A stretch of 64,000 bases of DNA from positions 32,001-96,000 of the forward strand of contig CAXWPH010000007.1 in assembly GCA_963666055.2 (NCBI GenBank), written 5' to 3'. Position numbers and translations under genes: made by a program. This stretch comes from Acidobacteriota bacterium (GTDB lineage Bacteria; Acidobacteriota; UBA890; WLXD01). The notes beneath the pieces are model-generated. The model was not told where the DNA came from. It saw only the letters and a list, made by a program, of their open reading frames with translations, and made no database searches. Of the stretch, positions 43,533 to 53,010 are shown one piece after another; position 1 is the first letter of the stretch, and each line of letters starts with the position of its first letter.

Positions 43533-44711
43533 GTGTCTTGTGCGCGGCGTATCGGCCCTACGCCCCTTCTGATTCGCCGTGCCGAGGTCTACGCGCCGGA
43601 GCCACTCGGTGTCTGCGACGTGCTGTGCGCTGGCGGTAGGATCGTCAGCCTGGCGAACGATCTCGAGCCGCCGGGCGGCGTCGACGTGCAGGTGATCGAC
43701 GCCGGCAACCATAAGGTCGTCCCGGGGCTGATCGACGGGCATATCCACATCGCCGGGGCCGGCGGGGAGGCGACACGAACACCCGAGATGCCGCTGTCGT
43801 GGATGATCGAGGCCGGGGTCACTACCGTTGTCGGGCTGCTGGGCACAGACGGTGTGACGCGCAGCCTCGACAACTTGCTGATGAAGGCCAAGGGGCTACG
43901 CGCCGAGGGGGTATCCGCCTGGATGTGGACCGGCTCGTACCAGCTGCCGCCACCCACCCTCACCGGAGACGTGGCGCGCGATATCGCGATTATCGAGGAG
44001 GTTATCGGCGTCGGCGAGATCGCTATCGCCGACCATCGTTCTTCCAACCCGACTGCTCTGGATCTGGTCCGTCTCGCCAAGGAGGCCCGCCGGGGTGGCA
44101 TGTTGGGCGGCAAGTGTGGCCTTGTGCACTTGCACCTGGGCGATGCCGAGGATCCGTTCAGCGTCGTTCGGGAGGCAGTACGAAGCTCCGAGCTTGGCTT
44201 TGCGCAGTTCTACCCGACGCACGTAAACCGTAACCCGCATTGCTTCGACCAGGCCAAGCAATACGGCATCGAGGCGCCGGTCGACATCACCGCGTGCGGC
44301 TGGCGCGGTCCCGGAGACGAGGACGTCAAGCCCTCACGGGCCCTCCGTGAGCTGCTGGAGGCAGGCGTGCCGAACGCCCACATCACGATGAGCTCCGACG
44401 CGTGTGGCTCGCTCCCCGATTTCGACGCCAACGGTGAGCTCGTGGGCCTGACCAGCGGCAGGCCGGGCGAGATCTGGCGTGAGATCGTCGACGCCGTCCG
44501 CACCGAGGGACTCGAGCTCTCGCAAGCGCTCGCTGCCGTGACCGCGAACCCGGCCGCAATTCTCCGCCTCCCCAGGAAGGGCACTTTGACCGCTGGCGCA
44601 GACGCCGACCTGCTGCTGGTTGATTCGGAGCTTCGAGTGCAGGCTGTGGTCGCCGGTGGCGAGATGCTCATGCAGCACGGAGCACTCCTACGGCAAGGCA
44701 CCTTCGAGTAG
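43533..44711 (+). CDS. iadA: Isoaspartyl dipeptidase (beta-aspartyl peptidase)
   Basis: DGHIHIAG.GGE, TRTPE, GLLGTDG, TGSY, GEIAIADHRSS, PTHVNRN, SSDACGSLP. Confidence 0.93.
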   Translation: MSCARRIGPTPLLIRRAEVYAPEPLGVCDVLCAGGRIVSLANDLEPPGGVDVQVIDAGNHKVVPGLIDGHIHIAGAGGEATRTPEMPLSWMIEAGVTTVVGLLGTDGVTRSLDNLLMKAKGLRAEGVSAWMWTGSYQLPPPTLTGDVARDIAIIEEVIGVGEIAIADHRSSNPTALDLVRLAKEARRGGMLGGKCGLVHLHLGDAEDPFSVVREAVRSSELGFAQFYPTHVNRNPHCFDQAKQYGIEAPVDITACGWRGPGDEDVKPSRALRELLEAGVPNAHITMSSDACGSLPDFDANGELVGLTSGRPGEIWREIVDAVRTEGLELSQALAAVTANPAAILRLPRKGTLTAGADADLLLVDSELRVQAVVAGGEMLMQHGALLRQGTFE

Positions 44712-45806
44712 CCGCGCTACCGCCAGCTGCGCAAGAGCGCCGGCGCTCATCTGTAGCGCCGTGAAGCCGAGGCGGAAGTCCTCGTTACGATACGTATCGA
44801 ACGTGTCGCTGCTTCTGTGCCAGTGCGGATCGCTACCGCGTCCTATCTCGTCGCGCCGCTCGTTCTCGCGGACGCTGATCGAGGCGACATGGGGTGCGAA
44901 AGAAACCGAGTCGGTGCTCTGCATGAACTGCCCTACCTCGGCTGGGTAACGGGTCGTCGCGTACGTCGCATTGGCGCTTAGCCACGCGGCCGCGAGCCTC
45001 AAGGCGCCGCCGCCAAACGGCAAGTCGGCGTCGTACTCGATGTCGACATCGGCAGACGGGATCTGCCGGTCGACCGGCAACCCGGTGGCAGCGACCGGCA
45101 TGCCATGGTCGTAGAGCATCATGTCGTGCTGGATCACCCCCAACCACTCGGGCTCGGGAAACATGCCGGATCCGGGCGGCGACTCCACGCCCTGCAGCGC
45201 CAGCCGATCTTCGACGTATGCGCGGGAGCCCACCAGGCCAATCTCCTCGGCATTCCAGAAGGCGAAGCGGATGGAGACGTCGGTTACTACGTCCCGATGC
45301 GAGAACACCCGCGCTAGCTCGAGCACGAGAGCGGTTCCCGACGCATCGTCATTCGCCCCCGGGGCGAACGATCGGTCGCCACTGTCGAAGTTGGTGCTAT
45401 CCATATGGGCCGAGGCGATATACATCTGGCCAGACCGTACGCTGCCAACCTTGGTAGCGTAAACGCTGTCGATCTCCTTGGGAGTCTCGTTGCCGTTGCG
45501 GCCGGCAGCTATGAATCGGTGCCGCTGCACCGCATAGCCGTACCCCTCGAGCTCGGCTTGCAGCCAGTCGCGGGCGCGCTCGTTACCCTCCGTGCTCCAG
45601 TACCGGGTCTGAAACCCGGCCAAGGTGCGCACGTTGCGCTTGAGCCGCTTGAAGCTCAGGCTGCGAACAATCGCCTTGGCAGCGTCCACCCCCACGGCAA
45701 CCGACTGCCGATCCTGTAAAGGAGCCTGCGGAGCCGCAGTGAGGCTCACCATGCTTAGCACTGCCGCACAGACGACCGGAAACACCTGAATACCGCGCAC
45801 TCTCAC
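44688..45806 (-). CDS. Secreted M28 family peptidase
   Basis: SAHMDS, PGANDDASG, NAEEIGLVGS, HDMMLYD, STD, PHWH; start approximate. Confidence 0.9.
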   Translation of the reverse strand: MRVRGIQVFPVVCAAVLSMVSLTAAPQAPLQDRQSVAVGVDAAKAIVRSLSFKRLKRNVRTLAGFQTRYWSTEGNERARDWLQAELEGYGYAVQRHRFIAAGRNGNETPKEIDSVYATKVGSVRSGQMYIASAHMDSTNFDSGDRSFAPGANDDASGTALVLELARVFSHRDVVTDVSIRFAFWNAEEIGLVGSRAYVEDRLALQGVESPPGSGMFPEPEWLGVIQHDMMLYDHGMPVAATGLPVDRQIPSADVDIEYDADLPFGGGALRLAAAWLSANATYATTRYPAEVGQFMQSTDSVSFAPHVASISVRENERRDEIGRGSDPHWHRSSDTFDTYRNEDFRLGFTALQMSAGALAQLAVARLLEGALP

Positions 45807-45870
45807 TCCACGGGATAGGGGGTCATTGGACCGCCCCGACGGCGGCACCGCAAGAGGATTCCGGTCGGCG

Positions 45871-47784
45871 CTATGGCCTCCGGTACGCCTCGATCCCGCC
45901 GCCGACACCGCCGACGAACAGGTCGAGCTTGCCATCCTCGTCGAGATCGGCGAAGACCGGCGTGGCGAACGGATGTACCACCGGACCGAAGAGCTCATCA
46001 GCCTCGAACTGCGGCACCTGAGGCGTACCGATGTTGCGGAACAGGGCAAGTCCCTCGGCCTCGGAGCCAATCACCAGATCGAGATCTCCGTCACCGTCGA
46101 GGTCGGTGAGCGTCGGGGCGCTGCGCCGCCCGACGTCGATTCCCTCGAACTTGTCGTCGACGAGCTCGTAGCGTGGCTCCGTGGCCGACCCCACGTTGCG
46201 GTAGAAGTTCAACTCGCCCGAAGACTCTCCGACGAAGAGATCCAGGTCGCCATCGGCGTCGATGTCGCCGAGAGCAGGGATGGCATTGCGCCCTCGCGTG
46301 AGCTTGACGATCTGTGGGTCGGCAACTGCCCAGTCGGGACGGGCGGCAGTCCCCTCGTTGCGCACCAGCTGTAACTCGTCGCCCCAGCTACCCATCAGAA
46401 TGTCGAGATCGCCGTCGCCGTCCAGGTCACCGAATGCCGGGGCATAGTGGTAGGCGCCGGCAAACGACTCGATGGGCCCGCGAAACTGCAGGCGCGGCTG
46501 CGTCGTGGTGCCAGTGTTCTCGAAGAAGAACAGGCGGCCGGCGCGCGTGTCACCAGGTTCGATCTTGTTGCCAAGGAACAGGTCCAGATCGCCGTCACTG
46601 TCGATGTCGGCGAAGGCCGGAAAGCTCTCGCTGCCGACGTCGACCTGGGTCAGAAACCGGCGCGTCTGAAGTTCCAGGCGTCGTGTGCCGGTGTGGTCCA
46701 GATACAGCAAGTTGTCGATCGTGGTGTTGTTGGGATTGAACGCTCCCCCCAACACTCCCACCAGCAGATCGACATCACCATCGCCATCGAGATCGCCGAA
46801 GGCCGGGGCATTGTAGCCACTCGTCTTCACCGGGTCGTTGGGCGGAAACGGCGTGGGCTCCGAACGTAACGACGGCGTTCGACAGGAGCCCCGGTTCTCG
46901 ATAAGCAAGAGGCCGGGCTCGAAGAAGTCGCCCCAGAACAAGTCCAGGTCACCGTCGCCGTCAAAGTCCACGAAGGCCATCGTATTGGCGCCGTGGAGTG
47001 TTCCCCGAGATCCGCCGCCCGCCGTGCTCGACGTCGGACCGCCCAGCACCTGACCGATGATCTCGATGCCCTGAAATCGATCCTCCAGGTGACGAAATAC
47101 CGGTACGCCGCGCTCGTCCAAACCGATCATCTCGTGGCGAGTGATCGTACCCTCGACCCTGCCCACCATCAGATCGAGCCGGCCGTCGCAGTCCAGATCC
47201 GCAACCTTCGGTATGTTCTGGCGATCGGCAAACACCGGTTCGCCCTTGTCGTCCATGAGACGCTCCGCCAACAACTCGAAACGCGGCGCGGTGCGGCCGC
47301 CTTCATTGCGATACATGCGCACCAGGCTGAAGCGCTCCTCCCCCAAGAGATCGAGATCACCATCTTCGTCGAGGTCGACGAACAGGTACCACTCGCCAAT
47401 ATCGACGCCCTGGTACGCGTCCGTACGCCATACGTAGCGGGGTTCCGTAGGCGTGCCCGTCTGTTCGAAGAACATCACAGCGCCGCTGTACTCCTGCACG
47501 AACAGATCGAGATCGCCGTCACCGTCAATATCGGCAAGTTGTGGCCGTGGCAGGTTGAAGCCGCCCAGGAAGGGGTGCGCGTAGGGGTTGCCGTCGATGT
47601 CGAGAACCTCGAAGGCGTAGACATCACGCTCGAATTCGGATCGCCCCGTCGCGGGTCCTCCGCCAGACTCGACTCGAGGCGTTCCCCCGCCAGGCTCGGC
47701 CCCCTCGACCGCACGGCCCGCACCGAACATGCTCGCCGCGCCGACAGCGATCAGCGCAGCGAACGCTCCGCCGAACCGTCTCAT
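45871..47784 (-). CDS. Secreted FG-GAP/VCBS-repeat protein
   Basis: Signal peptide; about 10 (P)AFGDLDGDGDLD repeats. Confidence 0.9.
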   Translation of the reverse strand: MRRFGGAFAALIAVGAASMFGAGRAVEGAEPGGGTPRVESGGGPATGRSEFERDVYAFEVLDIDGNPYAHPFLGGFNLPRPQLADIDGDGDLDLFVQEYSGAVMFFEQTGTPTEPRYVWRTDAYQGVDIGEWYLFVDLDEDGDLDLLGEERFSLVRMYRNEGGRTAPRFELLAERLMDDKGEPVFADRQNIPKVADLDCDGRLDLMVGRVEGTITRHEMIGLDERGVPVFRHLEDRFQGIEIIGQVLGGPTSSTAGGGSRGTLHGANTMAFVDFDGDGDLDLFWGDFFEPGLLLIENRGSCRTPSLRSEPTPFPPNDPVKTSGYNAPAFGDLDGDGDVDLLVGVLGGAFNPNNTTIDNLLYLDHTGTRRLELQTRRFLTQVDVGSESFPAFADIDSDGDLDLFLGNKIEPGDTRAGRLFFFENTGTTTQPRLQFRGPIESFAGAYHYAPAFGDLDGDGDLDILMGSWGDELQLVRNEGTAARPDWAVADPQIVKLTRGRNAIPALGDIDADGDLDLFVGESSGELNFYRNVGSATEPRYELVDDKFEGIDVGRRSAPTLTDLDGDGDLDLVIGSEAEGLALFRNIGTPQVPQFEADELFGPVVHPFATPVFADLDEDGKLDLFVGGVGGGIEAYRRP

Positions 47785-47917
47785 GACACAAAAGCCTCCG
47801 GGTCAGTCTTATCAGCAATCGAAGCGCTAGGAATCACGCGATTTCCGTGCAGCTGGAGGAGCGGGCTGCGGCGCGCATCCACTCTAGCGTAAACGGCACC
47901 CTGACCGCGGTCCGCCG

Positions 47918-47960
47918 ACCCTGTCGCCAGGCCTGCCAGACTTCCACCACGGCCCGCTAG
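47918..47960. repeat. Degenerate right end of MITE family A
   Basis: ACCCTGTCGCCAGGCCTGCCAGACTTCCACCACGGCCCGCTAG; its CTAG is the stop of the adjacent gene. Confidence 0.8.
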
Positions 47961-48550
47961 CCTCTCAGGGTGGCGCGTAGCCGCCGGGCCGATTCGCGCA
48001 ACGAGGTACGCAGGTAGTGTGCCGATGCTGACGGTGTCCGCGCCAGCGGCCCCTCGGTGCCCGGCTCGACGCGAACGGAGACCAGCACTGGCCCGACGCC
48101 CGCTAGCACCTCCGGCAACTGCTGCTCGTACTCGTCGGCGTCCTCGAAGGCGTACGTCCTGCGGAAACCGACGGCACGCGCCAGGGCACCGAAGTCAATC
48201 CTCCCCTGTGCCGGGACGGGCTGACTACCGGTGATCTCATAGGTGCCGTTGTCGACGATCAGGAGGGTCAAGTTGGTGGCGCCGGAGTCGACGATCGTCG
48301 CCAGCGTACCCAAGCTCATCAGCATGCTGCCGTCGCCGTTGAGACAGACCACACCGCGCTTTGGCTGTGCCAGCGCCAACCCCAACGCCAGGTCTGCCGC
48401 GTGCCCCATGGCGCTATCCGCCGAGGCAAAATCAAGCTCGCTCTGCGAGTGGCGCGCCCATGGGCGCAACACGGACATCGTCGTCACCACGATCCGATCC
48501 TCGCGCAGCCGTGCGAGCGGGGCCAGCAACTCGTCCTTCGTGAGCATCAC
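47957..48550 (-). CDS. TPP-binding subunit, sulfopyruvate/phosphonopyruvate decarboxylase beta (ComE)-like
   Basis: AMGHA..LGLALA, NGDGSMLMSLG..DNGTYEITGSQP. Confidence 0.85.
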   Translation of the reverse strand: MMLTKDELLAPLARLREDRIVVTTMSVLRPWARHSQSELDFASADSAMGHAADLALGLALAQPKRGVVCLNGDGSMLMSLGTLATIVDSGATNLTLLIVDNGTYEITGSQPVPAQGRIDFGALARAVGFRRTYAFEDADEYEQQLPEVLAGVGPVLVSVRVEPGTEGPLARTPSASAHYLRTSLRESARRLRATLRG

Positions 48551-49119
48551 GTGAACCCGCGCGTCAGCAGCACAACGGTGGGTTGAGACTGCCGCGCAGC
48601 GACCTCGAAAGCGTTTGGCACCACCTTATCGGTGTCGATGTCCGAGTCATGCCGCCAGAACGGCACGCCCCAGGCGGCCAACGTGGGCTCGGTCAGGAGG
48701 GCCGCCGAGTCGACGTCGGCGCGCGTCAGCGTGGCGGCGTCGAACGGTCGGGGTGCCGTGCCCAGCTTGGCGGCGAGCATCTTCGCGTAGCCGCGATAAC
48801 CTACCAGGCAGAGCAATGGAACTCCCATGCGCCCGGCGGTGCCGCGTAGGCTATCGCCGCTCTCCAGCAACCCGGTGTTTTGGATGATCACCAGCGGCTG
48901 TTGGCCGCCGATCCATAGCCCCGCAGCAATGGCGAACGCCTCGCCCTCGCGCGTGACGGTCAGCAGCCGGATCGTCGGGTGGCCGCACAGGCGCTCGAAA
49001 ACCTGCGCGGTGTCGTTGTCCGGAATACCGACGACGTGAGTCGTACCCAAAGCCACCAGCCGCTCGATCAGGTGAGCTGCGCTCGGCGCGACGCTGCCGC
49101 CGGGACGCTGCCCGGACAC
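48547..49119 (-). CDS. TPP enzyme N-terminal subunit, ComD-like
   Basis: VVGIPD, VTREGEAFAIAAG, IIQNTGL, LVGYRG, TEPTL; stop overlaps the next start. Confidence 0.85.
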   Translation of the reverse strand: MSGQRPGGSVAPSAAHLIERLVALGTTHVVGIPDNDTAQVFERLCGHPTIRLLTVTREGEAFAIAAGLWIGGQQPLVIIQNTGLLESGDSLRGTAGRMGVPLLCLVGYRGYAKMLAAKLGTAPRPFDAATLTRADVDSAALLTEPTLAAWGVPFWRHDSDIDTDKVVPNAFEVAARQSQPTVVLLTRGFT

Positions 49120-49151
49120 GTGATCTCCGCAGTCGTCAGCCACCGAGCATC

Positions 49152-49429
49152 CTAGTGGCCTGTAACAGATGATCGTTGCAACTCGTGGTGGCGAAATGGG
49201 TCCGGATGCCAGGCGCGACGAAGAGATGATGTTTGCCCATCTTCCAGGAGGAGCAACGCCGCAGACGGGCCGATTTCGCCGCCATCCTGCGGACAGATGG
49301 GCAGTTGCGGGCGATATCGGCGTTGCGCCTCCTCGACGATGCCCTCTGCATCGCCTTCCTCGCCGCGCCTTGATCTCATCCGCAAATCCCATCTGCGATA
49401 TGCAACGATCATCTGTTACAGGCCACTAG
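49152..49429. mobile_element. MITE family B (278 bp, CTAG-flanked)
   Basis: Perfect 29-nt TIR CTAGTGGCCTGTAACAGATGATCGTTGCA; internal modules related to family A. Confidence 0.9.
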
Positions 49430-49431
49430 CG

Positions 49432-51849
49432 CTACGGGCGGGGACGGTCGGCGTCGTGCACCTTGAGGATGAACAGACCCTCTTTACCGGAAGCTACGGC
49501 CACCACCCCGCTGTCGAAGAACGGGTAGTTGCTCCACGAGCCGATCGCCCCAGACAGGATGTCGCCCATGCCGTCGTTGTCGCCCCAGGGTACGGTGTCG
49601 AAGAAGCCGAGCGGCCGCGGTTGCTCGCGCTCGCTGATATCGAGCACGTGCAAACCGCTGCGGTAGTTCGACTGGTACATCACGTCGCCGACGATGTAGA
49701 GGTTGTGGTCGGTGGCGGGGTTGTCGGTGATGTACTCGCCTACCAGGATCGGATCCTCTAGATCCTGCACGTCCCAGATCAGCGTCCGTGTCCCAGCGAC
49801 GAGCCCGGCGATTTCGTCGCCCTCGTCGTTCATGTAGAAGTAGCGGTGCTCCCCGTCGAGCCAGCCCTGATGCGTGTACGCCAGATTCGGGTAGGTCGCT
49901 GAGGCGATCACCTGTGGGTTGCGCTTGTCGGTGACGTCGCCGATGCCGAAGGCGCGTCCGTCGGAGCTGAAACACACCTCCCGCCCCCGATAGCGCTCGT
50001 CTGGCCCCTCGTAGGTCACGCATTGCACATCGTGCGTACCACCGTGGCCGCGCGGGCTGCTCGCCTGCGGCTCGAAGCATCCCGCGAAGATCGGGTTGCG
50101 TGGATCCTCGACGTTGATCATGTGCAGTGCACCACCGCAGGTCTCCCCACCGGAGCTGTTACCCACCGCGTACGCGAAGGCGGTGTCGACGTTGATATGA
50201 ATATTGTGTGACGAGTTCACACCGTCGTAGTGCGCCGCTTCGTTAAAGGCCAGCGGCGTGCCCTCGAACTCGCGTAGCTGGGTCAGATCGAAGACCTGTA
50301 CCCCATGGGGTCCGGAAGCATCGGCAACGATGAAGGCGTGATCGGCGTAGACCTTGATGTCACGCCACAGGCTGGCGGGTGAGGCGTCTGACTTCGGCAG
50401 CTTGCCGACGAAGACGGGGACGTACGGATCGCTGACATCGACGAAGGAAGTGCCATCGCGCAGGCCAACGATGGCGTAGTCGCGGCCGGTCTGCGGATCG
50501 GTCCAGCCCCAGATGTCGTTCGTGGTCACGCCGCGCCCTCCACCTATGGCCTGCACCGGGAGAAAAGCGATCAGGTCGATGTTGTCGCACTCGAAGATCC
50601 CGGCGCGGCCGTCGACGCACGCCACCGCACCGCCGCTGATCGCGGGTAGACCCCGTGCACCGCTCAGCACGTGCGAACGGTCCCAGCCGTCCGCCAACCG
50701 GCTCATGATGACGGCGCTACCGGCGCCATAATCGTCACCCGGGAGCCCGGCAACGACCAGATCATCCTTCGCGGCAAGCGCGGCGCCGTATGCGGAGCCG
50801 AACTTGAGACCTGTGGTACCGAGCTTCGAGGCGGCGGCCCACTCGCCTGTTCGACCGCGCCTGAAGCGATACACGCGCCCCTCCAGCCGTCCGGTACCAG
50901 CGCCCGGTGCGCCGACGAGAGCCTCGTCCTCGCCCAGCGCTATATCGATACCGAACATACCGCCCGCGGGAGCATCGAACGGTGCCAGACTACCCGTCGC
51001 GGTCCAGCTCGCATCGTCCTGGGTATAGCGATAGCGGTAGACCGCGCCGCTGAAGTCGTCGGTGCCGACGGCACCGATCAGCGCCTCGTTTTCGTTCAGC
51101 GCAATGCTCGAACCGTACATCGCCCCGGCGGCGCGCTGTGGAGGAGATTCGAGCTTGTCGATACGGCTCCAGCCGTCATCGTCGCGACGAAAGACGTAGA
51201 CGCTCCCTTGCGGCGGGCTCTGCTGAAACTGACCGCGGAGGAACATATCCACGCGCCCGCCGGGCGCGCCAACGAAGATCCAATCGCCAGCTTGAGCTAC
51301 GGTTGCGCCGAAGCCCTCCGGCGCGCCCGAGGCGCCGTCCGTTCCGTCACCTTCGATAGTGCCTGCCAACGCCCATCCTTCGCCGGCGGGCTCGAAGATA
51401 GACACGCTCCCTGCACCTTCGTTGCCGCCGGGGGCGCCGACAAGGATCAAATCATCGCCCAGGGCCACAGCAGCGCCGAAGCCTGCGACAGCGCTATGCG
51501 GTGCGATGCGCGCTGTTTCCTCCCATGCACCCGCGTTGCGGCGAAACAGGTACGCCGCACCAAGGGAGTCTGCACCCACGAGCAGCAGGTCGCCGTCGAC
51601 GGCGATCGAACGGCCGAACCCATCGGTATCGCGCCCATCTGAAGCAAGCAACTCCTGCACCTGTTGCCAACCACCGTTGGCAGGCCGATAGACGTAGACG
51701 ACCCCGGGCCCGATCAAGTTCGCCGGCTCACCGACAAAGACATCGCCGTTGCCGATCGCCGCGGCAGATCCGTATCCGAGCTGCGCCAGGGCAGGCGTGG
51801 CGCTCGCCATCAGGACGATCAGTGACAGGGCCGCGCCGGCCTTTCTCAT
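49432..51849 (-). CDS. Choice-of-anchor B family protein with N-terminal FG-GAP repeats (paralog 1)
   Basis: NDIWGWTDP, WRDIKVY, HGVQVFDL, SHNI, HDVQC, YTHQGW, DHNLY, WSNYPFF. Confidence 0.9.
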   Translation of the reverse strand: MRKAGAALSLIVLMASATPALAQLGYGSAAAIGNGDVFVGEPANLIGPGVVYVYRPANGGWQQVQELLASDGRDTDGFGRSIAVDGDLLLVGADSLGAAYLFRRNAGAWEETARIAPHSAVAGFGAAVALGDDLILVGAPGGNEGAGSVSIFEPAGEGWALAGTIEGDGTDGASGAPEGFGATVAQAGDWIFVGAPGGRVDMFLRGQFQQSPPQGSVYVFRRDDDGWSRIDKLESPPQRAAGAMYGSSIALNENEALIGAVGTDDFSGAVYRYRYTQDDASWTATGSLAPFDAPAGGMFGIDIALGEDEALVGAPGAGTGRLEGRVYRFRRGRTGEWAAASKLGTTGLKFGSAYGAALAAKDDLVVAGLPGDDYGAGSAVIMSRLADGWDRSHVLSGARGLPAISGGAVACVDGRAGIFECDNIDLIAFLPVQAIGGGRGVTTNDIWGWTDPQTGRDYAIVGLRDGTSFVDVSDPYVPVFVGKLPKSDASPASLWRDIKVYADHAFIVADASGPHGVQVFDLTQLREFEGTPLAFNEAAHYDGVNSSHNIHINVDTAFAYAVGNSSGGETCGGALHMINVEDPRNPIFAGCFEPQASSPRGHGGTHDVQCVTYEGPDERYRGREVCFSSDGRAFGIGDVTDKRNPQVIASATYPNLAYTHQGWLDGEHRYFYMNDEGDEIAGLVAGTRTLIWDVQDLEDPILVGEYITDNPATDHNLYIVGDVMYQSNYRSGLHVLDISEREQPRPLGFFDTVPWGDNDGMGDILSGAIGSWSNYPFFDSGVVAVASGKEGLFILKVHDADRPRP

Positions 51850-51933
51850 GGACGTACCTCGGTTGTTTGAAGACGACGAATTCTGCCATACGTGCCCGGG
51901 CAGCCGGCGCCTGCTCCCACGGAGCCGAATGGC

Positions 51934-53010
51934 TCAGCGACTGCCAGACGCACCGACGCCAGCAGCATACGCAGGCACCTCGAGCACCTTGATGACCTGT
52001 CGAGATTCCGTATCGATGATGTTGAGCGTTCCGGGAGGCTTGGCGCCCTCGACGACATCACCGTACTCACCCGCGGTGTTGCGGCCGGATACGAATAGCC
52101 AGCGGCCGTCGCCCGAGATAGCGCTGCCGTGCGGCTCGTACAGCCCGCCACCGCTGATCTGATCGACGAGCTCCCAGCTGCTCGTGTCGATCACCGCTAC
52201 CGTGTTCGCCGTACGCTGCGGAAAATACACCACCGAGCCGTCCACAGAGTAGACCGGGTGCCAGGGTTGGCCACCTAGCGCAAAGCGCTTCTGCAGGACC
52301 GGGTTACGCGAATCACGTATGTCGAATACCAGGATCTCACCGGAGATCTGTCCACCGGTCACCATCGTGTCGCCGCCAGGAGAGATGGCGAACTGAACGA
52401 AGGTATGAGTCCCACCCGGAACGTCGAGAAGCTCCAGTCCGTCCGCGCTCGGCTCCACCGTCGCGATACGGTTCTCGGTCAGGCTCGCCGTGTACACGAC
52501 TTCGCCGTTCGGGTTGGCGATCAGCGCATGCGGCCGGGCAAAGAACACGTCGATCTCGTCGATCGCCATGCTGTCGCGCTCGATCACCCCGATGCGCATT
52601 GGCGGGCTCACCGCCGCCATCGACCGCCCCACATAGAGCAGGTCGCCGGTCGGATCGAGCGAGAGCATTCCCGGTGTTTCGAACTCCGCCTGGCCTACGA
52701 GGTTGTTGTCGCGATCGAACTTGAGCACGCGCCCGTCGGCGATAAGCGAGACGTACCAGTACGACCCGTCGGGCTCGACCGCTACGTGATGCGGCTTGCA
52801 GGTGGCGTTGAAGCCGAGCGCCGTGAGGTCGATCTCGGCGATCAGCTGCTGCGTATCGATGTCGATCACCGAGACCGTCGCTCCATCTTGGCTGGCCACG
52901 TAGACCCGCCCCGAAGGGGCCGCCAACGCGCTCGACGACGATGCCAATACGACGACGATCAAGGTCACCGTGATCAGTGACCCAACGATCCTCCGGGACA
53001 TCGGAATCAT
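51934..53010 (-). CDS. YncE/YVTN-like secreted beta-propeller
   Basis: VYVASQ..TVSVID, PHH/PHA/PWH/PHG blade motifs. Confidence 0.85.
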   Translation of the reverse strand: MIPMSRRIVGSLITVTLIVVVLASSSSALAAPSGRVYVASQDGATVSVIDIDTQQLIAEIDLTALGFNATCKPHHVAVEPDGSYWYVSLIADGRVLKFDRDNNLVGQAEFETPGMLSLDPTGDLLYVGRSMAAVSPPMRIGVIERDSMAIDEIDVFFARPHALIANPNGEVVYTASLTENRIATVEPSADGLELLDVPGGTHTFVQFAISPGGDTMVTGGQISGEILVFDIRDSRNPVLQKRFALGGQPWHPVYSVDGSVVYFPQRTANTVAVIDTSSWELVDQISGGGLYEPHGSAISGDGRWLFVSGRNTAGEYGDVVEGAKPPGTLNIIDTESRQVIKVLEVPAYAAGVGASGSR

